A stretch of DNA of 64,000 nt, from positions 26,683-90,682 of the IMG/VR virus record IMGVR_UViG_3300043775_000777; one strand, written 5' to 3'. Every line of letters begins with the position of its first letter. The first letter of the stretch is position 1. The position numbers and the translations under genes are program-made. The notes beneath the pieces are model-generated. The model had not been told where the DNA came from and searched no databases. It saw only the letters and a list, made by a program, of their open reading frames with translations. Below are positions 1-9,399 of this stretch, piece after piece. Origin of the DNA: a virus.

Positions 1-2
1 TA

Positions 3-3000
3 TCAGATGTAACATCACATGCTTTACAAGGTATCTTAGATAGAGCTAAAGAATCATTTCCATTTGAATTAAAACTGGTTCCAGAAGCTATGGATGTATT
101 TAGTTACATGCTTCAGGCCGGAGTTGATGAGGAACAAATATTCTTTTTCTTAAACCAACCTCTTATTGCTGAGTACTTTGAAAAACAAAAGTTAAAAGAA
201 AGTGCTTATTCTAAAATAGTTGGTAGTAAAGAGAAAGGTAGTCCTGCAAATAATATCATAAACAATTTGCTTAAGAACTTTGACCAGGCTAGTTTGAATC
301 CATTATATGATAGAATTAATGTAGCTAAATTAAGATATGTTCTAAATGGTTTAAAAACTAAAGGTGAAGACCAAACATATTATTTCAAAATAAAGAAAGA
401 TTCTGGTATTAAAGAAATTACATTAAAAGACTTACTTGATAGATTAAACAGCGGTGGTTTAGCTCCTCAAAATATTGAGAGAATATCTACCATGCCTAAT
501 ATGAGTAATGATTCTACAGTTTATTTTTATAGCAATGCTATAAACAGTACAGAGAACTTTGCTTTTGCAACTGAAGTATTGTCAAATGAATACTTACCAA
601 AAGGTGATGTTCCTACAAAAACTTTAAAGGATGGTGTAAAAGATAACAAGACAATGAAAGCTCTTGCATTATTCATGAACTATCTTGAACTGGAAAGACA
701 GTTTAAAGGTATGAATGATTTGCAACAAACATTCTCTCCGGATACCGGCAAGCTTACTACAGTACAACAGGTACTTAAAAGAATGGAAGCTTATGAAGAA
801 TTAAGAAAGAGTAAATCAATTGATCAAGACTTCTTAAACAGATTACTTAAAGAATCTATACTATCTTCATTTAACCAAGATGACTTAATTAAACAGCTTA
901 CCGAGCCTTTGTTTAATCTAAGACTTAATCCTGAGATAACTAAATATATTAGTGATGCATTTGTAGATCAATCTAAAGCTTCTAGAATTAGAAACAATCC
1001 TACATTTGGTAAAGGTATAAATGGTCAGGAAAGATTTAGTACTTTGTTTAACAACGGAGTAATAAACTACATCTATCAAAACTATTTGTCTAACTTCAGC
1101 AATGAAAAAGGAGAACTAGTAAATATCCCGGATACTTATAAAGATAACAGACCAGTTATTAAAGTAGATAATTTAGACACAGATGTTGAAATAGTAGAAG
1201 AAGGTATAGCAATTAACACCCGCAGAATTGAAACTGATTATGCAAACAAAGCATACTTAGAAACAAGTGTGGCTGAAAATAACTATGGTTCTAGAGGCCT
1301 GGATACATTTAAAATCAAAGATGATCCATTCCAGACATTAGCAAGTTATTACAGATATGTTATTGCTAGAGAGTCTAATAGAGTAAATCACCCAATTGAA
1401 TCTCTTGAAAATAATAGTGAATTTATGAGACGGGTATATGCAATGGGTAATGCCAATGATGCATATGAAAGCTATATATCTGAAAGAGCACTAGGAGCTA
1501 GTTTCAACAATAAGTATATCATGGGTAAAACCAAATATAGTTATTCTGATTCTTTGTTGAATTTAATTAATGAGTTTGGTGATACACTTAAAGTTAATTA
1601 TCCTATAACAGCTCAATTATCTCCGGGAACAAACACAGAAGGTGCTAAAGTTCTTCAGTTAAATAACCAGAAAGAGGCACAAGGAGAATTAGCTTCAGTA
1701 TATTATAACAATCTTAGAAACTTAGCTGACCCAAGTGTAACTAAAGTTCAGAATAAAAACAAAACTGATGAAGAAAATGAAAGTGATAACCAAAGAATAT
1801 CTGAGATGTTTAATTTGTTCTCACTTAATATGTTCTATCAACATGGTGTAGGTAAAACAAGATTAGGTTTTATTAAAGCATTAGATCCTGTACAATACAA
1901 AGATATTGTTGAAGGTGGATCTAAAGCATTCCTTAAGAACTACTTGAGCACTGAAATACTAGATGAGATATTCAACACAGTTGTAAGCATGGATAAGTTT
2001 AAGAACTATCTTGTTTCTCCGGAAGGATATATCCATAGTGATCTAGCAACAACAGAGACATCTAAACCAACTAATGATGGTACATTAGAAACATTTGATG
2101 ATAGTGAAGGAGAAGATGAAGTTCTAGTAAGATTAATAAATCAAGAAGATGTTAATGCATTTAATGATTATGTGAAAAAATCAGGAGGTAAAAGACCTGA
2201 GAAATTCTTTACATCTAAAACTTTATACCCTGCATTCTATAACTCAGCTACTGGTAAAAGAGAAGGCATGCCTCAGACTGCTATATGGATTAAAAACCAA
2301 TACGGTACATATGACATGCTAGATCAAGAGACCGGTGAGTTCTACTATGAGAATGTAAACCTTGCAACAGGTATGCAGATCACTAAGAAAGAAGATGTTC
2401 AACCTACTCAACCTACAGTATTAACAGGATTCCAAGGATATAAAGGAGGATTTCCAGAACAACAAACTATAAATGGTAAATTATATAAGAAAGGATCAGA
2501 AAATGGAGATCCTAAAGATTATGCAATGAGAGAAATTGCTGGTGGATTTATTTTAGAGTTGGATCCTAAGAGAGAAAATGATTCATCTACAGGAACTACT
2601 GCAAAAGAATACCCTAATTACAGAGAAGGTGTGATGGTAGGTTCTAAAAATTTCTATAATGACATTGTAATGTTAGCTAGAAATAATGAATTTAAAAACA
2701 AACCTTTATCTGAAGAAACTAAAGCATCTATTAAGGATGCACATGATGAAGGAGTATCTTTTGTTGTAGGAGATATGCCCGGGGTAGATAGTCAGTTTAT
2801 AGATTACTTACAAGAAATAGGTGCTAAGTTTACTATATATCATACAGGTACAACACCTAGAGTTCAAGTAACTCAAGCTCCTACTCAACCGTCTGAAGTT
2901 AAAATAGAACCTACAGATAAAATTATCTGGGGACATCCAACTATTGGTAAAAGTTTCTTAAAGAAAAATCAAGATAACAGATTTATTTCTTTAGATGATG

Positions 3001-5546
3001 ATTATGCCACTGAGATAAATACTAAAGTAAAAGAGATAGCTGATAAATACAATGTGACAACATATCAGGTTAAAGATGGAGATAATCAACAATGGAATAC
3101 TGAGTATAATGAAATGATGCAAAATCTTTTTGATAAAGCTAAAGCAGTTGCTTTATCTGAAAATAAAATTCTATTTACATCCAATACTAACCTGTTAAAA
3201 AATAATGCAGCTGCTTTTGATAAAGTTATTAATCTTACTGATAAAGAGTTTCAAAAAAGAATATCTGAAAGAGGTGCTAAGTATGACACAGCAGAATGGA
3301 AAAAACAAATTGAAGATGCAGTATCTAAAATTCCTAGTAACAAAGTAATAGTTACAGATAAGTATCTTTCTGATTTATTACCTACTCAACCGTCTACTAC
3401 TAGTACATCAGAATCAGTAGCAGATATTCCACAAAATAAAGTATCCGGAATAAATTCTTATGGTTCTACAGTAACAGCTAACAATGAAGCTATCAAAGCA
3501 CTTGGTCCAAATCCACATTCTATTGATATGATAGAAGCAGGATTTAGAACAAGAACAACCAGAAGTGAATCTGAAATGGCTAAATATGCTATTAAAGTTG
3601 GGGATACTATAAAACACTTTGGTAAATCTGCAGATGGTTCAACTAAAACTGTTTATGCTAAGGTAACTGCTATACATCCTAAAGGTTCTGAAGGTTGGAA
3701 AGGTACTTGGAATAAAGAAGGTTGGAGAGCTGAAGATGTAAATGTTATAGATAGATTTAAAGACGGTGCTGCTGCAATAGAGTTTGAAGTAATTCAACCA
3801 TCTACTCAACCTACTGAAGCTCCTGTAAGTAATACTAATAAACCTAAAGGTGAAGAAGTAGTACCTGGAATATATGTAAATCAAGCTGCTTTAAGTAAAG
3901 AAGAACAACTTGAATTGTTTGATTATTTAAAACCATATCTTGAAGAACAAGCTGATAAAAGTCTTAAAGCAACACAAGGTAGTAAAATGATTGGTCTTGG
4001 TTTAAGATGGGATTATACAAGTAATAATCCTGGAAAAACAACTGTTAACATCCCTGATCCAATAAAAAGAAATCCTAAATATGGTTATTATAACCAATCA
4101 GTTAATGGTCAACCTCTTGGACAAATTACACCAAGATTTAGAGAGTTAATGCAAAAAGCTACCGGAGTAGATATGACAAACTATGATGGTGCTATTATTA
4201 ATCTTTATGAAAAAGATACCTTTATATCTTCTCATAATGATGTAGATGAAAGTAAGTCAGCTATTAAGTATCCAGTTATTGGTATTAATCTAGGTGGTAA
4301 AGGTAATTTCTCAATTGAAAGAATACCAGGAGCAGGTCAATTAAGTTTAGAAGCCGGAACAGGTTATATATTTGGTGTTGATGGTGTTAATAGAGAAGTA
4401 TGGCACAGAACATTCCCGACTCCACAAGATACATTTTTACCAGAACTTACTACAAAAATTGATGGTAAAACATATCCTGCTGGTTCTTATAGGGTTACTA
4501 TTACTATGAGAAGAGTTATGCCTTTAGAACCTAGTATGCCTACAGCACCGGCTAAGATTACTACACAACCAGTTTCTCAACCTACTGAAGTTAAAGAAGG
4601 AGTACAAGATATATTTAATTCTAATCCAGAATTAGCTAGTATAGGAACACCTGAACAATATTCTCAATACTTAGATACTATATTTCCTGATAGTAAAGTA
4701 AAAGATATTGTTTATAGAGGTGCTGAAAAAGGCATAGAAAAACATAGAGCATATTCGCACTGGACTTTAAGAAAAGCTATTGCAGAAAACTTTGCTAAAC
4801 AAGGAGTTAACCTTAATAAAAAAGATGAATCAAAAAACACTGTTTATTTTGCGTTACTTAATATAAAAAATTTAATAAGAAGTATTGAAATAACAGATAA
4901 AGAACATAAAGAAAGAGGTTTTGATGCAGCAGCTTCATTTCCTAATCAGCAAAAACCAGATGGTACTTATTATAAGAATGAAGAAGCAAATGAATCTATA
5001 CAATTAATAGACAAAAATTTAAACAATGAGATAACTGTATTTGAACCAGAACAAATTCATATACTAGGAAACAAAGAAGACTTAAAAGGATTTAAACAGT
5101 TTGTACAAGGTAAACAATCTGTTAATGTTTCTGTAAGTCCAAAACCTGAAGCTACAATTGATACAGATATAAATGTATACAAAGATCTACTTGCTAAAAA
5201 CAATGGTGTTCAACCTCAGACATTTACTTCAGAGAATAGAATGTACAGACTAAATAAGTTTGGTAACTATGACTTAGTAGATAAAACTACCGGTGAAATA
5301 TATATGAGAAACATTAATATGGAGACAGGTAAACAGGAAACTGAACCAGGTCTTGATTCTCCTGTGGATCCTGTAGCTAAACAAGCTGCCCTTGATAAAA
5401 TCATCACTTTAAGAGCTACAATTAACATAGAAGAACAATTAGCAGTAATGGGTTATGATATTAATGATATAATCAATAATTTAGCAAATGCTAAGACTCA
5501 GGAAGACTTTAATAAAATAACTAAAATACTTGATAAATTATGTTAG
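3..5546 (+). CDS. Giant virion protein, 5'-truncated by the window; probable C-terminal part of the crAss-like virion RNA polymerase polyprotein with appended polyvalent modules
   Basis: The frame is open from nt 3, upstream of the ATG at 90. The N-terminal stretch LQGILDRAKESFPFELKL...MLQAGVDEEQIFFFLNQPLIAEY resembles, from memory, the post-catalytic motif (VDxAKDP...RxG...FxxQPII) of crAss-like RNAP subunits. The catalytic DxDxD motif is not in the window. SLOG-, P-loop-, ASCH-, AlkB- and ART-like modules follow. Confidence 0.65.
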   Translation, partial: SDVTSHALQGILDRAKESFPFELKLVPEAMDVFSYMLQAGVDEEQIFFFLNQPLIAEYFEKQKLKESAYSKIVGSKEKGSPANNIINNLLKNFDQASLNPLYDRINVAKLRYVLNGLKTKGEDQTYYFKIKKDSGIKEITLKDLLDRLNSGGLAPQNIERISTMPNMSNDSTVYFYSNAINSTENFAFATEVLSNEYLPKGDVPTKTLKDGVKDNKTMKALALFMNYLELERQFKGMNDLQQTFSPDTGKLTTVQQVLKRMEAYEELRKSKSIDQDFLNRLLKESILSSFNQDDLIKQLTEPLFNLRLNPEITKYISDAFVDQSKASRIRNNPTFGKGINGQERFSTLFNNGVINYIYQNYLSNFSNEKGELVNIPDTYKDNRPVIKVDNLDTDVEIVEEGIAINTRRIETDYANKAYLETSVAENNYGSRGLDTFKIKDDPFQTLASYYRYVIARESNRVNHPIESLENNSEFMRRVYAMGNANDAYESYISERALGASFNNKYIMGKTKYSYSDSLLNLINEFGDTLKVNYPITAQLSPGTNTEGAKVLQLNNQKEAQGELASVYYNNLRNLADPSVTKVQNKNKTDEENESDNQRISEMFNLFSLNMFYQHGVGKTRLGFIKALDPVQYKDIVEGGSKAFLKNYLSTEILDEIFNTVVSMDKFKNYLVSPEGYIHSDLATTETSKPTNDGTLETFDDSEGEDEVLVRLINQEDVNAFNDYVKKSGGKRPEKFFTSKTLYPAFYNSATGKREGMPQTAIWIKNQYGTYDMLDQETGEFYYENVNLATGMQITKKEDVQPTQPTVLTGFQGYKGGFPEQQTINGKLYKKGSENGDPKDYAMREIAGGFILELDPKRENDSSTGTTAKEYPNYREGVMVGSKNFYNDIVMLARNNEFKNKPLSEETKASIKDAHDEGVSFVVGDMPGVDSQFIDYLQEIGAKFTIYHTGTTPRVQVTQAPTQPSEVKIEPTDKIIWGHPTIGKSFLKKNQDNRFISLDDDYATEINTKVKEIADKYNVTTYQVKDGDNQQWNTEYNEMMQNLFDKAKAVALSENKILFTSNTNLLKNNAAAFDKVINLTDKEFQKRISERGAKYDTAEWKKQIEDAVSKIPSNKVIVTDKYLSDLLPTQPSTTSTSESVADIPQNKVSGINSYGSTVTANNEAIKALGPNPHSIDMIEAGFRTRTTRSESEMAKYAIKVGDTIKHFGKSADGSTKTVYAKVTAIHPKGSEGWKGTWNKEGWRAEDVNVIDRFKDGAAAIEFEVIQPSTQPTEAPVSNTNKPKGEEVVPGIYVNQAALSKEEQLELFDYLKPYLEEQADKSLKATQGSKMIGLGLRWDYTSNNPGKTTVNIPDPIKRNPKYGYYNQSVNGQPLGQITPRFRELMQKATGVDMTNYDGAIINLYEKDTFISSHNDVDESKSAIKYPVIGINLGGKGNFSIERIPGAGQLSLEAGTGYIFGVDGVNREVWHRTFPTPQDTFLPELTTKIDGKTYPAGSYRVTITMRRVMPLEPSMPTAPAKITTQPVSQPTEVKEGVQDIFNSNPELASIGTPEQYSQYLDTIFPDSKVKDIVYRGAEKGIEKHRAYSHWTLRKAIAENFAKQGVNLNKKDESKNTVYFALLNIKNLIRSIEITDKEHKERGFDAAASFPNQQKPDGTYYKNEEANESIQLIDKNLNNEITVFEPEQIHILGNKEDLKGFKQFVQGKQSVNVSVSPKPEATIDTDINVYKDLLAKNNGVQPQTFTSENRMYRLNKFGNYDLVDKTTGEIYMRNINMETGKQETEPGLDSPVDPVAKQAALDKIITLRATINIEEQLAVMGYDINDIINNLANAKTQEDFNKITKILDKLC
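2403..4590 (+). repeat. Five copies of a PTQP(S/T)-coding linker (core CTCAACC) separating domains
   Basis: Copies at 2403-2413, 2880-2894, 3381-3395, 3802-3819 and 4576-4590. CCTACTCAACCGTCT is identical in copies 2 and 3; CTCAACCTACTGAAG is identical in copies 4 and 5. Confidence 0.85.
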
Positions 5547-8500
5547 GCAATTGTCCAAATAAAAATAGTGATGAATGGAGAAGACTTCTTGCCCAAGAAA
5601 ATGGTAATGAAGAAAGAGCTCTAGAAGAATGGCATAGACTTAATGAAGAGAATGATGATTCTGATTTTGAAACACCTATTGAAGATGACCCAGACTTAAC
5701 TGAAGATGCAGAGCCTGAAGAATTTACAGAAAAGGTTCAGAAAATAAGAGTCTTCTTAGAAGAACAGAGATATGAGTTAAGCCGGAAGAAAGTTAAAAAT
5801 CAGAAAGCACAACAGGCAAAAATAAACAGATTAATAAAAGAGATTAAAGAGCTTGAAGCTGTTGAGTCAATCAACTTATTTGTAGATGATGTGTTTGATA
5901 AAGCTCTTACATATAAGAAAGAGTTTAATGATCTTCTTGTTCAGCATAGAGAAGGTAAGATTACAAACAAAGATTTCTTGGAAGGTCTTGTAATGATGAA
6001 TGAGTTTGCTAATGGTTATAGCATACTTGATGAGATTGCAGAAGATGAGGTTGATGAATATTTCAGCACACCAGTAGAAAGAAAAAACTTTTCAGATTAC
6101 ACTCCTCAAGATAAAATAAAAGAGGCTATTAATATTAGAAAGTTTTTAAAGCTAGCATTTACAAAAGAGGTGCCGGACCTACTTGCTGAGTCTTTGATAA
6201 ATTATAGAACATATACAAATAGAGAATCTATAGTTGATCAAATTAAAACATATGAGCAAAGGATAGCAGACATTAGAGCATCAAATTTATCTGATAAAAC
6301 TAAACTTAAGGATATTGCAGAGGCTAAAAAAGAATTAACTAAGTGGCAGAACATGCTCTTAGATAAACAAAAGCTAGCTGGTATCCTAAGAATGGCATCT
6401 AAGGATGAAAGTGTATTTGATTTCTTGTTAAATCCTCTAATCAGTTCTGAAGATAGTGCTATGGCTTTATTTGCAAAGATGATAAAGTCTCAGTTTCAAG
6501 GAGCCCAGATGGAAGACATCATGGAAAGAGATGAGGGTGTTGCAAAACTAGAAGAATTTATAGCTAAGACTGGTAGAAGCGTAAACAATGTAGCTGAATT
6601 AAACAAAGGTCTCTATGAAGAAATCTCTGTATTAAGAAGAGACTATAGAGGTAAAGCTGTAAAAATAGATGGTGAGCTTGTATTTGATAAAAGAATGTCT
6701 TTTGTACAAAAGTTTGATCTAAATGCATACGGTCAAGCAGAGTCTCAGTTCTATAAAGATAACCCTAAACCTAGATTAGCAGAGGATCCAACTCCAGAAC
6801 AAACTGCAGAACATGAAATTGCTTTAAAAGAATGGAGAAGTAAAAGAAGAAAGTGGTATCAGGCAAATAGACAACCAAAATCTCAAGAAGAAATACAAAA
6901 AATACAAAAAGCTAAAAAAGCTGATGTAGATGCTGGTATAATCACAGCAGAAGAATATGATGAATGGTTGAAAAAAGTAGAGTATGAAGATAAAAAAACA
7001 GGTAAAAAAGTATTTTACGGTGAACTTACTGAGCCTTCAAACAAATACTTAAATGAAGCTTGGTTAAAGCTATATGATAAAGAAGGCAATCCTATATCAC
7101 CAGAAGGTGAGTATCATAAGTACCTTACTGATACATATCTAAGAGATCAAGAAGATATTCCTGAAGCACAAAGAATGGGATACTTTTTACCTTCTATTCC
7201 TATGGAAGATTATGAAAGAGCCTTTAGAAAAGGTGCTGGCAATCTCATAAAGAAAAATACAGTTGAAGCTTTCAAAATCCAAAGCTATGAACAAGATATA
7301 TATGGTACTAGTTTAGGGGAAGGTGATGACTTAGATACAAGACCATTTGGTAGAAATTCATTAACAGGTCAAGTTATCTTACCTGTGTATTTTACACAAC
7401 CAATAGATGTTAATGATGTTAGTGTGGATTTATTAGGATCTGTATTAAAGTATGGAGCTGCCTCAAGAAGATATGAAGCAATGAATGAAGTCTATGCTGA
7501 GATTAATGCATTCAAAACTATCATTGGAGAAAGAGAAACATCTGCGGTAAATTCAGCTGGTGAATCTATATTTAATATTGCTGCTAAGAAAGTAGGATTT
7601 GATCAGTATCTAAAGAACACCGGAACATCATACTCTAAAATGCATGTTGATGCTTTTATAGACATGGTAGTTAAAGGTGAATCTCAGAAAGCTGAGAAAC
7701 TTATTGGATTAGAAATGTCTAAGATAGCTAATACAGGTATGGCAATATCTGCTATTACCACACTCTCTATGGATGTACTTAAAGGTACTGCAAATAACAT
7801 TCAAGGTAATATACAAGTTGCTATTGAAGCTGCAGGTGGTGAGTACTTTAATAGAAAAAACTTAAGAAAAGGATTTACAAAATACTGGGCAACAGTAGGA
7901 GATAACATTGCAGACTTTGGTAGACGTAAACCAGAAAGCTGGATGGGTCAGTTAATTGATATATATGATCCTATCCAAGGTACATTTAAAGATGAGTATG
8001 GTAAGAATGTATCTGCTAATATGGCAAATAAATTTTTTAGAACAAATACCATGTTCTTCAATAATAACTTTGCTGAACATGAGATACAAGTTAAAACCTT
8101 GTTTGCATTAATGGATGCTAAGAAAGTTATAGATAAGGAAACTGGTGAAGAAATTACTTTACTACAAGCTCATGAAAAATATGGACCACAACTATTTGAG
8201 GTTACAAAAGATGAGAATGGTAAGAGAGTATACAACTACAAAATAGAAGTAGATGTTACTAATCTAGATGGTACTGTAGAAAGAAAAGACTTTGATGAAA
8301 GAGAGAGACAAAACTTTATGAATGTACTACATGCCCTTAATAAAAGAATGCATGGTGTCTATAATGATTTTGACAAAAGTACGGCTCAGAGATTTGCATT
8401 AGGTAGATTATTATTAATGTACCGTAAGCATTTAGTTCCTGGTATCAAAAGAAGATACAAAAGTGCTTCATATGATGAGGAACTTGGCGGAGCTACAGAA

Positions 8501-9034
8501 GGTATGTACAGAGTATTTTGGAGAACCTTAATAAAAGACACAATAAGATACAAAACTGATATCTTTAAAAAGTGGAGTACTTATTCAACATTTGAAAAAG
8601 CACAAATTAGAAAAGTAGTTGCAGAACTTACTATTATTGCAGCTCTTGCTACATTAATAATAGTATTGTCAGCTATGGCAGGAGGTGATGACGGTGAAGA
8701 GAAAAAAGAAATGCCATATGCATACCACTTTATGCTTTATCAAGCTCTGCGTATGAGAAGTGAGACAGCATCTTATTTAAAACCAAGTGACTTCTGGAGG
8801 GTTGTAAAATCTCCAACAGCTATGACAAGTGTAGTAGATAGATTTACTAAGTTTACTGATCAGTTTTTATTCACATGGGATGAAGATGATTTAGTATTTA
8901 AAAAGAAATCAGGAGTATGGGATAAAGGTGATAACAAATCATGGGCATACTTTTTAAAATTAATGGGCTTTACAGGATATAACTTAACTCCTGATAAAGC
9001 TGTAGAAGGATTTAAATCAACATTTGCAAAATAA
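5540..9034 (+). CDS. Large virion cargo/ejection-type protein (1164 aa)
   Basis: Adjacent to the giant protein; N-terminal CPNKNxxEW motif; helical composition; hydrophobic helix near the C-terminus (ELTIIAALATLIIVLSAMAG). Confidence 0.55.
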   Translation: MLGNCPNKNSDEWRRLLAQENGNEERALEEWHRLNEENDDSDFETPIEDDPDLTEDAEPEEFTEKVQKIRVFLEEQRYELSRKKVKNQKAQQAKINRLIKEIKELEAVESINLFVDDVFDKALTYKKEFNDLLVQHREGKITNKDFLEGLVMMNEFANGYSILDEIAEDEVDEYFSTPVERKNFSDYTPQDKIKEAINIRKFLKLAFTKEVPDLLAESLINYRTYTNRESIVDQIKTYEQRIADIRASNLSDKTKLKDIAEAKKELTKWQNMLLDKQKLAGILRMASKDESVFDFLLNPLISSEDSAMALFAKMIKSQFQGAQMEDIMERDEGVAKLEEFIAKTGRSVNNVAELNKGLYEEISVLRRDYRGKAVKIDGELVFDKRMSFVQKFDLNAYGQAESQFYKDNPKPRLAEDPTPEQTAEHEIALKEWRSKRRKWYQANRQPKSQEEIQKIQKAKKADVDAGIITAEEYDEWLKKVEYEDKKTGKKVFYGELTEPSNKYLNEAWLKLYDKEGNPISPEGEYHKYLTDTYLRDQEDIPEAQRMGYFLPSIPMEDYERAFRKGAGNLIKKNTVEAFKIQSYEQDIYGTSLGEGDDLDTRPFGRNSLTGQVILPVYFTQPIDVNDVSVDLLGSVLKYGAASRRYEAMNEVYAEINAFKTIIGERETSAVNSAGESIFNIAAKKVGFDQYLKNTGTSYSKMHVDAFIDMVVKGESQKAEKLIGLEMSKIANTGMAISAITTLSMDVLKGTANNIQGNIQVAIEAAGGEYFNRKNLRKGFTKYWATVGDNIADFGRRKPESWMGQLIDIYDPIQGTFKDEYGKNVSANMANKFFRTNTMFFNNNFAEHEIQVKTLFALMDAKKVIDKETGEEITLLQAHEKYGPQLFEVTKDENGKRVYNYKIEVDVTNLDGTVERKDFDERERQNFMNVLHALNKRMHGVYNDFDKSTAQRFALGRLLLMYRKHLVPGIKRRYKSASYDEELGGATEGMYRVFWRTLIKDTIRYKTDIFKKWSTYSTFEKAQIRKVVAELTIIAALATLIIVLSAMAGGDDGEEKKEMPYAYHFMLYQALRMRSETASYLKPSDFWRVVKSPTAMTSVVDRFTKFTDQFLFTWDEDDLVFKKKSGVWDKGDNKSWAYFLKLMGFTGYNLTPDKAVEGFKSTFAK

Positions 9035-9045
9035 TAATTTAACTA

Positions 9046-9186
9046 ATGGCAAAATCAGCAACAACAACAGTAAAAGCATATATCAAGGTTAAGAAATCTA
9101 GACCAGGTGTGCATAGCAAAACCAAGAATTCTAGAATGAAAGGTGCTAAGCATTATAAGAAGGCATATAGAGCCCAAGGCAGATAA
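9046..9186 (+). CDS. Small highly basic protein (46 aa)
   Basis: Translated by hand: MAKSATTTVKAYIKVKKSRPGVHSKTKNSRMKGAKHYKKAYRAQGR; A-rich leader; ends at a terminator. Confidence 0.65.
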   Translation: MAKSATTTVKAYIKVKKSRPGVHSKTKNSRMKGAKHYKKAYRAQGR

Positions 9187-9187
9187 G

Positions 9188-9217
9188 AAAAAAAAAGGGG
9201 AGCCATTATAGCTCCCC
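9188..9217 (-). terminator. Intrinsic terminator at the convergence of the + and - operons
   Basis: GGGGAGC-7 nt-GCTCCCC hairpin at 9197-9217 with a long U-tract on the - strand. Confidence 0.8.
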
Positions 9218-9221
9218 GGGT

Positions 9222-9398
9222 TTAATCATCTTCTTCACAACAGTCACATTCTTCTGACTCTTGTTGTCCATACTCATTATCAAACCAGTCTCTGGCTTCT
9301 TGTTTTGTTGGATAATCTTTAAGTCCTGCTTCTATAGCAGCTGCAAATCCTGCCATATAGGCTTCAATCATTGCTTTTCTGAATGCTACTGGATGCAT
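9222..9398 (-). CDS. Hypothetical protein (58 aa, acidic/Cys C-terminus)
   Basis: Hand translation MHPVAFRKAMIEAYMAGF...EECDCCEEDD; abuts the upstream gene. Confidence 0.65.
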   Translation of the reverse strand: MHPVAFRKAMIEAYMAGFAAAIEAGLKDYPTKQEARDWFDNEYGQQESEECDCCEEDD

Positions 9399-9399
9399 G

